A DNA stretch of 64,000 nt from Candidatus Woesearchaeota archaeon (GTDB lineage: Archaea; Nanobdellota; Nanobdellia; Woesearchaeales; JAZDKJ01): assembly GCA_043803105.1 (NCBI GenBank), contig JAZDKJ010000005.1:32001-96000 (forward strand), read 5' to 3'. Numbering within the stretch: the stretch's first letter is position 1; every line of letters begins with the position of its first letter. Positions 9,139 to 17,508 of the stretch are shown one piece after another. Below the pieces are notes generated by a model. That model did no database searches. It saw nothing but the letters and a program-made list of their open reading frames with translations, and was not told the DNA's origin. The position numbers and the translations under genes were made by a program.

Positions 9139-9924
9139 ATGAGCCAATACAAAAAAAGAGCGGCTGAGAAAGTGAAGGCTGCAAAAAAGGCTGAACCTAT
9201 CAATATTGACAAGGAGAGGGCTGAGGCAAGACAGGCATATCATTCTGAGCAGCACATAAAAAGCGGAAGCAATCTGAGAGACTTCATACTGGGCTTCAAT
9301 GACGGACTTGTCAGCATATTCTCGCTTTTAACTGGAGTTGCAGGAGCAAACGTCTCACCTAAGATAGTAATACTCGCCGGATTTGCAGGCCTATCGGCAG
9401 GGGCCACATCCATGGGATTGAACAACTACATATCATACAAGTCACAAATAGAGTTTTACAAGAGCGAGATAGAAAGAGAAGAGAACGAGATAAAGAGAGT
9501 GCCCCAAAGGGAAAGAGAGGAGATCTGTGAAATATACAGGAAAAAAGGATTCAAGGGAACAGAACTGGAAAGGGTTGTGGCAAGGATATGCTCAAACAAA
9601 AAGGTATGGACAAAGGTCATGGTTGAGGAAGAGCTGGGATTAATCGAAGACAAGTTTGACAGCCCGGTAAGGATAGCAATAATTACAGGGCTCGCATTTA
9701 TCCTTGGTGCAATGATACCGATAGCCCCGTATCTTTTCATAAGATCAGCTTCTACTGGATTTATGCTGTCCATAACATTCAGTATAATCTTCATGTTCAC
9801 TGTTGGGGCTGCAAAAACAGTAATAACCAAGAAGTCCTGGCTGAGGTCAGGGGCTGAGATGATATTAGTAGGAGCTGTATCTGCAACTGCAGCATTTTTT
9901 ATCGGAAGGCTGTTTACACTATGA
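9139..9924 (+). CDS. VIT1/CCC1-family Fe/Mn transporter
   Basis: RDFILGFNDGLVS, GATSMGL..Y.S, Glu-rich cytosolic domain, EEELG. Confidence 0.92.
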   Translation: MSQYKKRAAEKVKAAKKAEPINIDKERAEARQAYHSEQHIKSGSNLRDFILGFNDGLVSIFSLLTGVAGANVSPKIVILAGFAGLSAGATSMGLNNYISYKSQIEFYKSEIEREENEIKRVPQREREEICEIYRKKGFKGTELERVVARICSNKKVWTKVMVEEELGLIEDKFDSPVRIAIITGLAFILGAMIPIAPYLFIRSASTGFMLSITFSIIFMFTVGAAKTVITKKSWLRSGAEMILVGAVSATAAFFIGRLFTL

Positions 9925-10394
9925 AAGTAAAATACTTCAGCTTTGGGGCAACATCTGCTGTAATCACAGGGCTTGCGGTGATAGTTGGCTTTAGCGGAAC
10001 AGCAAATGCAAAGATAAGCATCATTTCAGCACTACTCCTTATTGCTATAGCGGACAACATCTCAGACTCTTTCGGGATACACGTACACGAGGAATGCCAA
10101 AGCAAGTCAATCAAGGAAAACAGGCGAACAACATATACAAACTTCTTGACCAGGATCTTGGTTGTGGCAGTCTTTGTCATTTTTGTGCTGAGTCTGCCGA
10201 GCACACTTGCTATCGCATTATCCATAACCTTTGGGTTGCTGGTGATCACGTGGATGAGCTACGCAATTGCAAAGCAGCAGAAAGCCAAAACTTACAGGGT
10301 GATATTCCATCATGTCTTGTTAACAGTAGTTGTTATGACAGCGAGTTTCATCTTGAAAGAAGTGGTTTCCGGAGGGATTCAGAGATTCTTGTGA
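9921..10394 (+). CDS. Short VIT1/CCC1-like membrane protein
   Basis: FSFGATSAVIT, IADNISDSFGIHVHEE, about 5 TM segments; ATGA overlap with the upstream gene. Confidence 0.7.
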   Translation: MKVKYFSFGATSAVITGLAVIVGFSGTANAKISIISALLLIAIADNISDSFGIHVHEECQSKSIKENRRTTYTNFLTRILVVAVFVIFVLSLPSTLAIALSITFGLLVITWMSYAIAKQQKAKTYRVIFHHVLLTVVVMTASFILKEVVSGGIQRFL

Positions 10395-10449
10395 CGGTGT
10401 AGCAACACTATATTCACCAAATTTCTTGACGTTTTTTTCAAGGTTTTTC

Positions 10450-10659
10450 TTAACTCATAGAAATGGCCTTGTGCTTACATGCGGAAACGCAGGCACTGCA
10501 CTCTATGCATGTTTTGGGATCAAGCACAACACGCTTCTCTCTTTTCAAGGCACCAACAGGGCATGCCTCAACGCAACCGACACAGGCAGAGCCGCAAGAG
10601 CAACTCGAGCATTTACCATCCTTCCAGCAACATTTTTTATAATCAATAACTATTGGCAT
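10450..10659 (-). CDS. 4Fe-4S dicluster ferredoxin, unusually Cys-rich
   Basis: CVGCVEACP and CIECSACVSAC motifs; 12 Cys in 69 aa. Confidence 0.85.
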   Translation of the reverse strand: MPIVIDYKKCCWKDGKCSSCSCGSACVGCVEACPVGALKREKRVVLDPKTCIECSACVSACKHKAISMS

Positions 10660-10700
10660 GAAATCACACTCTTAGGGTACTTAATATAGTTTTTCATCAA

Positions 10701-11159
10701 TCACCAATATTGGATTTCTATCATCTCCTCACAAAAACCTAAATCGGCATGGGGGCGGATTTTCTTATAATTCCTGGAAAAGACAAGGTGCGGGTTTACC
10801 TGTTCCACGAACAGCTGAACAGATTGCTCATAACCCCGCTTGCACACTTCGCGAGTATCATAACCGCCAAGCTGGCAGGCTTCAAGAACTGGGCATGGAT
10901 TCCTTGAATGCCAAATAATCTTCTCCCTGTTCTCAAAAACAACAGGGGCTTCAAGTGTCGTAACATCAAGCTTTGCCATCAAGAGAAGATAAGCCCGGCG
11001 AACATCAGTAATTGCATCAGGGAACATATTCCAATGTTCTGCAAGCCATGCGAGGCGCTTTGTGGAAAGCTCTTGATTTATTGCAGACCAGTTGTTGGTC
11101 TTGATTGCGAGAGTAATCTTTTCGAGAGTTTTTTGGACTATGTCATCTGTTACAAGCAT
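10701..11159 (-). CDS. Hypothetical protein with a CPxLEAC..DTRxVC..CEE probable metal-binding motif (V4R-like fold possible)
   Basis: Cys spacing looks conserved; TATA-like TTATAA lies upstream of ATG 11159. Confidence 0.55.
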   Translation of the reverse strand: MLVTDDIVQKTLEKITLAIKTNNWSAINQELSTKRLAWLAEHWNMFPDAITDVRRAYLLLMAKLDVTTLEAPVVFENREKIIWHSRNPCPVLEACQLGGYDTREVCKRGYEQSVQLFVEQVNPHLVFSRNYKKIRPHADLGFCEEMIEIQYW

Positions 11160-11239
11160 GGAACAGTGAAAGCAAAAGAGGCTTATAAAACTAACCCGGC
11201 AGACAGAATTAAATAGTGGATTAATCAATTAAAGGAAAA

Positions 11240-11590
11240 ATGAAAAGACCCAACACCAATCTCTTGCTGTACTGGAGCCCTCGTATTTTGGCGATAATGT
11301 TCATAATATTCATCAGCCTGATTGCATTGGATTCTTTCGGTGCTTCTGGCACATTCTGGCAGAAGACAGGCAATTTTGTTGTTCACCTGATTCCATCCTT
11401 CATCCTTATAGCAGTTTTGGCCATCTCATGGAAGCACGAACTAGCTGGAGCAGCAATCTTCATTTTGTTTGGGCTTGCCTACATCAGCATGATGAGGAAC
11501 TTTCCTGTGCTGGTGTACATCATGATTTCGGGGCCTGCAATCGCAATAGGAGTACTTTTCCTTGCAAACTGGTATAAGCGAATGAACTAG
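11240..11590 (+). CDS. Small 4-TM membrane protein
   Basis: WSPRILAI..HLIPS..AISWK; four hydrophobic segments. Confidence 0.75.
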   Translation: MKRPNTNLLLYWSPRILAIMFIIFISLIALDSFGASGTFWQKTGNFVVHLIPSFILIAVLAISWKHELAGAAIFILFGLAYISMMRNFPVLVYIMISGPAIAIGVLFLANWYKRMN

Positions 11591-11645
11591 AGAAGCGAAA
11601 TTTATTTAAAGCATGATTGTTGCTGATATTTTTTTGGGTGGTATT

Positions 11646-11948
11646 ATGACAACATTCTATGGGCGCGAAGTGCCGCCAAGCGAAGGAGAGATGGGCTTCT
11701 TCCAGAAAGCTGGCAACGGTTATGTCTTCATTTCGGTTGACGAAAAGACTTATGAAGGATTGGCAAAACACAAGCCGATGCCTGCCTTTTACGAGGAAGT
11801 GACTGAATTGAGGCTCAATGCAGAATGCCAAACCAGTTGGAAACCTGATTCCATGTTAGGCATTGAAATGACCCCAGCAGCTATTCAAAAAATAGAGAAC
11901 CTTGCGCAATGGACCTCACAAGTAGTAGAGGCACTTTCAGGGAAGTAG
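11646..11948 (+). CDS. Hypothetical protein
   Basis: ORF with an upstream TATA (TTTAAA) and SD-like GGGTGGT; no recognisable motif. Confidence 0.55.
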   Translation: MTTFYGREVPPSEGEMGFFQKAGNGYVFISVDEKTYEGLAKHKPMPAFYEEVTELRLNAECQTSWKPDSMLGIEMTPAAIQKIENLAQWTSQVVEALSGK

Positions 11949-11952
11949 CTGC

Positions 11953-12429
11953 ATGGTTTTTACACAGGAATTCGAAAAGCTGGAGCAATTGACTGATAAG
12001 GCTTATGAGCTATTAATCCCGAGCATTATAAGACCGGCCGTGACAAAAACCCAAAGAGCATTAAACTTTTTTAAGAACGGATTCTATACAGAACTAAACA
12101 GAACAGCCACAAAATACCATTCCAAACCGCTCGAATGGACGATTGGAAGCGAAATTGGGAAACAATTCAACAGAATTGCGCTGCCCTTTATAGTTGGTGG
12201 CTTGACAGCAAAAATGGCGTATAAGGTTGCTGTAAACAAAGGAATGGGGATTCAGCTTGTGCCACAAAAGCTTGAAATAAACCCGCTAACGCAGGCATTG
12301 CAGGTTGAGACTACTTCTTACCGGGAAATTGTGCAAATATCAGCAGAATTGTTTCACAGCCACAACTTTGCTGAGCTTGTCTCTGCATTAAACTATGTTT
12401 CACAACAATATCCTTTAACCAGGACATAG
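11953..12429 (+). CDS. Hypothetical protein
   Basis: 158-aa ORF starting 4 nt after the previous stop. Confidence 0.55.
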   Translation: MVFTQEFEKLEQLTDKAYELLIPSIIRPAVTKTQRALNFFKNGFYTELNRTATKYHSKPLEWTIGSEIGKQFNRIALPFIVGGLTAKMAYKVAVNKGMGIQLVPQKLEINPLTQALQVETTSYREIVQISAELFHSHNFAELVSALNYVSQQYPLTRT

Positions 12430-12447
12430 AGACTTCTTGAGTAAAAA

Positions 12448-13191
12448 CTATTGATGAAGAAGGCTCTCAAGCACAATCCTTGTGGCAGTGCCTTTTGGAG
12501 CGCGGGATTCTTCTATATCTTGTCTAGAAAGCTTGGGAACATTCTGGACACGGTCGCTTATGCCAAGAAGGGCAGCAACAGCATTAAGATTTTGGTCAGC
12601 ATAATCAATGACGCGTTGGACGGTGGCTTGAGGGATATGGCCAAGAGACTTGCCGCCTTTGAATACATACTCAGGCAAAATTGTCTTGCATCCATCAAAA
12701 TGAGATGGTGTGGCAAGGTAAATGCGACCGTCAAAAACCTCTTTATCATCAGCAAAAACAGAATATGCGCCAGTGTTTATAGGTGCAAAATCATAAGTAG
12801 CAAGAAATTCAGAATATTTCTTGAAGATTTTTTGGTCATCTACAAGAGAAAGCTCATAATCAAACCTTCGGTAGCCATGGTCGGGCTTTCTTACTTGTAA
12901 CTCAAAAAGCTGATCTGTTCGTTCCTTACCTTTGGATATGGATAAATATTCCAATTCGAGAAGAAAATTTGTCTTGTCAGGAGCACTGAGGCTTACACCA
13001 TATAATCGGTTATGGGAACCTTGGGCTTTACAGTCGCGGACAAGCTGCTTTTTCTTGTATGCAATCTCCCAAATCTGGTCCATCAGTGCAGCTCGCTGAT
13101 AAGACCTTGAGGGCTTGGCCTGCACATGACCAACTAACAAATGCTGCGCTACTAAACCTAAAGCCGCCTTCAGAACTGTCCTTCTCTCCAT
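12448..13191 (-). CDS. Hypothetical protein with a twin-arginine-like N-terminus
   Basis: MERRTVLKAALG...VQA resembles the Tat consensus (S/T)RRxFLK. Confidence 0.55.
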   Translation of the reverse strand: MERRTVLKAALGLVAQHLLVGHVQAKPSRSYQRAALMDQIWEIAYKKKQLVRDCKAQGSHNRLYGVSLSAPDKTNFLLELEYLSISKGKERTDQLFELQVRKPDHGYRRFDYELSLVDDQKIFKKYSEFLATYDFAPINTGAYSVFADDKEVFDGRIYLATPSHFDGCKTILPEYVFKGGKSLGHIPQATVQRVIDYADQNLNAVAALLGISDRVQNVPKLSRQDIEESRAPKGTATRIVLESLLHQ

Positions 13192-13322
13192 TCGTTAAAA
13201 AATTGCGCAGGAATTTAAGAAGATTATGGAATCAATACATCTCAGGAATCGAGATATTTTCTATATAGAAAATAATAAAAGGTACAAAACCTTTTAAAAA
13301 CAGTAAGAAATTCTGCAGGAAG

Positions 13323-15083
13323 ATGAAAAAACAGCTAGCGTTAATGATTCTGTGCTTGTTGCTCTTGACAGGAGTTGCATCAGCAAAGCAAGGCCACCTT
13401 GTGCTCCTGGCAGTCCACCAGGAGGACGGAGAGCAAATAGGCGCAACAGCTGACCTTAACCTTGAGATAAAGCCTGGAAACGGCAACGTGTACCTAAATA
13501 CAGTACCGTTGACACGAATCGATACGCAGATTTCTACAAGATTTGCAAAAGACATAGCCTGTAGCTATCTTGACATGGACTGTAGGGGATATGATTTCTT
13601 CTACAGTATAAAAGCTGACTCGAGCATAGTAGGAGGACCAAGCGCTGGTGCGGCAACAACAGCACTCACAGTATTCCTCTTAAACAACATGAAGTATGAT
13701 GAAAAAATCATGGTAACAGGAACGATCAACTCAGGAGGAATAGTGGGGCCTATAGGCGGACTGGAGGCAAAGCTTCAGGCAGCATCAAAAGTCATCGGAG
13801 CCAAAAAGGTGCTAATACCAATGGGAGAGAGATTCATCAAGGAAGGAAACCAGACAAAAGACGCTGCGGTCTACGGCCAGAACCTCAGCCTTGAAGTTGT
13901 TGAGGTTGCAACAATAGATGATGTTGTGTACGAGTTCACAGGCAAACACATCAAGCCAAAAGAGCAAAACCTGACAATTGACCCAAGCTATCTTGACACA
14001 ATGAAAAACCTTGCAACACAGCTATGCAACAGAACGGGAATGCTAGCCAACCAAGCACAGGAGAAGACGGGGCTTGCCACAAGACTAGGAAAACCGTACA
14101 TAGACAATGTCAAAGCAGGAAAAAACCTGACAGCGAGGGGAAGGGTTGCAATCAACAACAGCTTCTATTATTCAGCAGCATCATACTGCTTTGGAGCAAA
14201 CGTCAGATACCAAGAGATCATACAAAGGACCCTAAACGGAAGCGAACTTGCAGATGCAATCAACGAAACAAATGAGAGCATCAAGATATTTGAAAAGGAA
14301 CTTGTGGCAAGGCAGTTGAATACTATAACAGACCTGCAGGCATTCATGGTTGCATCTGAGCGGCTAAATGAAGCAAAGGAGCAGCTCGGGCTGGCAGAAA
14401 GACAGAATAATAGTAAGGCAGAATATCTTGCGCTTGCAATAGAGAGGCTGCAGAGCTCACATGCATGGAGCAGGTTCTTTGGAAACTCTGGAAAAGAGTA
14501 TATACTAAACCAAGAGGTGCTAAAAGGCTCGTGCCTGGCAAAGATCGCGGAGGCTGAAGAGAGCTACCAGTATGCCACACTATACTTACCAAACCTGCTT
14601 GACTCAGCTGCAACAGATATCAGTGATGCGTACAAGTTCTTAGCCAACAAACAATATGCGCTCTGCCTTTCAAAGGCATCAAACGCAAAGGCAAACGCGA
14701 ACTCTGTCTTAGGCGTAATCGGCGTGCAGGAAGACCAAGTGGAAACATTGATCGACGAAAAGCTTGACGTAGGCAAACAGCTCATAATAAAACAGGCAAA
14801 AGACAACAGCTTCCCAATACTCGGATATAGCTACTGGGAATATGCAACTTCGCTCAAGGCTTATGATAAGTATTCAGCACTACTGTATTCTGAATATGCG
14901 CTGGAGCTCTCAAACCTGGACATATATTTCCAGAAAAAACAGATGATAAAGATTGAGATAGACCCGACCTTTTACTGGGTGTTTGCACTCGGATTATTCA
15001 GCGGGATACTCATTGGTTGGAGAATCAAGGCAGGGCATCGCAGCGGGAAGAGTAATAGGAGCCGCAAGGTTGGGAAAAAATAA
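13323..15083 (+). CDS. Archaeal Lon-like (S16) serine protease, secreted and membrane-anchored
   Basis: Signal peptide, GGPSAG catalytic Ser, TGTIN.GG.VGPIGG..AK catalytic Lys, C-terminal TM helix. Confidence 0.88.
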   Translation: MKKQLALMILCLLLLTGVASAKQGHLVLLAVHQEDGEQIGATADLNLEIKPGNGNVYLNTVPLTRIDTQISTRFAKDIACSYLDMDCRGYDFFYSIKADSSIVGGPSAGAATTALTVFLLNNMKYDEKIMVTGTINSGGIVGPIGGLEAKLQAASKVIGAKKVLIPMGERFIKEGNQTKDAAVYGQNLSLEVVEVATIDDVVYEFTGKHIKPKEQNLTIDPSYLDTMKNLATQLCNRTGMLANQAQEKTGLATRLGKPYIDNVKAGKNLTARGRVAINNSFYYSAASYCFGANVRYQEIIQRTLNGSELADAINETNESIKIFEKELVARQLNTITDLQAFMVASERLNEAKEQLGLAERQNNSKAEYLALAIERLQSSHAWSRFFGNSGKEYILNQEVLKGSCLAKIAEAEESYQYATLYLPNLLDSAATDISDAYKFLANKQYALCLSKASNAKANANSVLGVIGVQEDQVETLIDEKLDVGKQLIIKQAKDNSFPILGYSYWEYATSLKAYDKYSALLYSEYALELSNLDIYFQKKQMIKIEIDPTFYWVFALGLFSGILIGWRIKAGHRSGKSNRSRKVGKK

Positions 15084-15305
15084 CAGAATGATTATAAAAC
15101 CCAACTCGCAAGCTTTTTTTGCTCACGCAAAAAAACCTTGGAAAAATAACCAATGATTATAAAACCCAACAAGCATCTCCGAAGAGATGCTCGTCGGGAA
15201 AAAGAGGTGATCATGAAGGGTTTTTAAAACCCGGCAGCCACCCTTTGCAGGACAGCTGCAGGGAAAAAGAGGTGATAGATTGTGAAGCACCCCCAACCCT
15301 ATCTT
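15066..15305 (-). ncRNA. Candidate structured non-coding RNA: three-hairpin array with a terminal closing stem
   Basis: Three 14-15 bp stems capped by GCAA, C(UUCG)G and GUGA. G-U pairs work only on the minus strand. The 5' and 3' ends are complementary, and a BRE/TATA lies upstream. Confidence 0.7.
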
Positions 15306-15327
15306 TACTATAGAGTGGTATAACTAA

Positions 15328-15342
15328 TATATAAACTTTTCG
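15328..15342 (-). promoter_or_regulatory. BRE-TATA promoter (CGAAAAG TTTATATA) for the candidate ncRNA
   Basis: Matches the archaeal BRE/TATA consensus about 30 nt upstream of the structured region; no convincing minus-strand ORF follows. Confidence 0.65.
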
Positions 15343-15387
15343 ATGTTGTATCATTCAAAAGTGGTAACTAAGTAATACTATTTCATA

Positions 15388-15912
15388 ATGAAACAAACTC
15401 AATGCCTAAAATGCCACAGAAAGGCAGAGGCTCTTCTGCTTTGCAGAGCCTGCTTTGGCACAACAATAGAGAAAAGAATAAGGAAATATGTCAGAATCAA
15501 CAAGATATTCTCAAGGGGTGACAGAATAGCAGCAATAGGAGAGATAAACCAGTACCTAATTCCAAGAATAATCCCTGGGTTGCCTGTAAGGATATTCAAG
15601 AAAGAGCAAAAAGGGACAAAGGTTATAAGGAACTGGACAGCAGATGATGAGGCATGCGCGTTCCTTGAACAGGTGTTTACAGGAAAAAAGAGCAAGAGAC
15701 CACTGTCAATAGTGAATTGGACTACTGACAAAGAACTTGAGAGCTTTGCGAAATTCAAGGGCTTGAAGTTCAAGCCAAACAAGAAAAACCAGGATATACT
15801 TAAAATGTTAAACACACTTGAAGAAAAACACCCTGAAACAAAATTCTCCCTGATAAAGAGCAGCCAAGAACTGGAAAGGATTGGGATAAAGCGGAAAAAA
15901 TTGATTTCTTAA
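15388..15912 (+). CDS. Truncated TtuA/Ncs6-like protein with the Zn finger kept and the PP-loop absent
   Basis: CLKC..CRAC, IEKRIRKYVR, TADDEA, RPL, LEEKHPETKFS; no SGGKDS motif. Confidence 0.6.
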   Translation: MKQTQCLKCHRKAEALLLCRACFGTTIEKRIRKYVRINKIFSRGDRIAAIGEINQYLIPRIIPGLPVRIFKKEQKGTKVIRNWTADDEACAFLEQVFTGKKSKRPLSIVNWTTDKELESFAKFKGLKFKPNKKNQDILKMLNTLEEKHPETKFSLIKSSQELERIGIKRKKLIS

Positions 15913-15951
15913 TGTATCAAGCTTAATAGGCAGGAACAGTTGGGCAATCTG

Positions 15952-16881
15952 ATGAAGCGATTTTTAGTGCTTACCTTGTTGTTGATTAGCGGATGCACTG
16001 GAGATGTTGTACATCAAACCCCTTTTGAAGCCACAAAAGAACCAAAGGTTTATTTCTGCCCTAAAGACAACTGTACTGCAAGATTGGTTGAGCTGATAGA
16101 ACAATTTGCATCAGCAGACTGTGCCTTATATAACCTGCAATCAAAGGAGATAATCGAGGCTTTAGGGAAGAAGCAAAGCAGATTAATCATTGATGATATT
16201 TATGCTAACAAGAAGCTCAATCTAAACTACATAAGTGATGATGGCAAACAGATAACACATAACAAATTCTGCGTCTTTGACGCAAGAACTGTATGGACAG
16301 GAAGCTTTAACCCAACAGAAGAGGTTGACAACAACAATGTGGTTGTAATCCAATCAAGGTATTTGGCTGCAAATTATGAGCAAGAGTTTGATGAGATGTG
16401 GAACAGGGTGTTCGGAGGAGGAAAGAAAACTGAAAACCCCATGATTGTAATAAACGGAAAGATGGTAGAGAATTATTTCTGCCCAGAGGATAGCTGCAAG
16501 GCGCATGTGCTAGAGAACCTTGCAAGAGCAAAAAGCAGCATACGCTTCATGGTTTTCTCGCTTACAGACAAGGAGATAGCACAGATGATTGTGGAAAAAT
16601 CAAGGAACGGATTAAGAGTGCAAGGAATCATGGAGAAGCAGCGCATCAATATGAAGTATGAGCAGTACAAATACCTGAACTCAAGCGGAGTAGAGGTAAA
16701 GCCCGACAAGAACAAGCACCTGATGCACAACAAGGTCTTTATAATAGACAATGAGACAGTCATAACAGGAAGCTACAACCCGACACAGTCAGGCAATGAA
16801 AGGAATGATGAAAACATACTGATAATACACGACAGGGAAATAGCGAAACAATATGTGGAGGAATTTGAAAGGCTTTGGTGA
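15952..16881 (+). CDS. Phospholipase D/nuclease-family lipoprotein with two HKD motifs
   Basis: HNKFCVFD..WTGSFN and HNKVFIID..TGSYN; lipobox-like ISGC. Confidence 0.9.
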   Translation: MKRFLVLTLLLISGCTGDVVHQTPFEATKEPKVYFCPKDNCTARLVELIEQFASADCALYNLQSKEIIEALGKKQSRLIIDDIYANKKLNLNYISDDGKQITHNKFCVFDARTVWTGSFNPTEEVDNNNVVVIQSRYLAANYEQEFDEMWNRVFGGGKKTENPMIVINGKMVENYFCPEDSCKAHVLENLARAKSSIRFMVFSLTDKEIAQMIVEKSRNGLRVQGIMEKQRINMKYEQYKYLNSSGVEVKPDKNKHLMHNKVFIIDNETVITGSYNPTQSGNERNDENILIIHDREIAKQYVEEFERLW

Positions 16882-16945
16882 GGGGCAGTGCAAAACTGAG
16901 CACAAAACAAATTATTTAAATACATTGAAGGTCTCCATCTATATA

Positions 16946-17467
16946 ATGAAATACATTATCACAGGAGGGCCTTGCACAGGAAAGACCACTATCATCAATG
17001 AGCTGAAGAAGCTCAAATTCAGCACAGTGCCTGAACTGGCAAGAAAGGTAATAACAAAAGAGCAGAAGAAGGGAAAAAAAGGGATATTGCCATGGACTGA
17101 CCTAAAAAGCTTTGAATTGATACTCATACAAGAGCAGGTAAGACATGAGAGCAAGACAAAGAAGATGCCAGTGTTCCTGGACAGAGGGTTGCCTGACATA
17201 ATCGCATACTCAAAGCTTGGCAAGGTGAACCTGCCAAAAGAGATATTCAGGCATATCAAGGAAGCAAAATACACAAAGGTATTTTTCCTCGAGCAGCTAA
17301 CCTTCTTCGAAAACGATGCGCAAAGGTTTGAGGCAAGCAAGAAAGAGGCAGACAAGGTGCATAAGACAATACACCAAACCTACAAGAGGCTTGGATATGA
17401 AATAGTGAGAATACCGCCAGTAAGCGTACAGGAACGAGTAAAGATAATTCTTGAACAATCAAGGTAG
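16946..17467 (+). CDS. P-loop ATPase/kinase (AAA_28, NadR-like)
   Basis: ITGGPCTGKTT, PE.AR, FLDRGLPD..AY. Confidence 0.85.
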   Translation: MKYIITGGPCTGKTTIINELKKLKFSTVPELARKVITKEQKKGKKGILPWTDLKSFELILIQEQVRHESKTKKMPVFLDRGLPDIIAYSKLGKVNLPKEIFRHIKEAKYTKVFFLEQLTFFENDAQRFEASKKEADKVHKTIHQTYKRLGYEIVRIPPVSVQERVKIILEQSR

Positions 17468-17508
17468 AGTTCAAAAAGTATTTATATGATTGAAAAAAAG
17501 AGCAACAT

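Noticed and set aside
15072-15295. Mini-CRISPR interpretation of the 65-nt periodic GGGAAAAA...AAAACCC units
   Set aside because: The repeats are not identical, the would-be spacers are themselves hairpins, and no cas genes are in the window.
15066-15305. SRP RNA, RNase P RNA or simple terminators
   Set aside because: No SRP helix-8 motif or RNase P P4 consensus was found. Three equal-length stems plus a closing helix exceed what a terminator needs.
15119-15323. Plus-strand 64-aa ORF and SD-led micro-ORFs (MKGF*, VKHPQPYLYYRVV*)
   Set aside because: No protein-like features. G-U pairs, tetraloops and the promoter all favour a minus-strand RNA.
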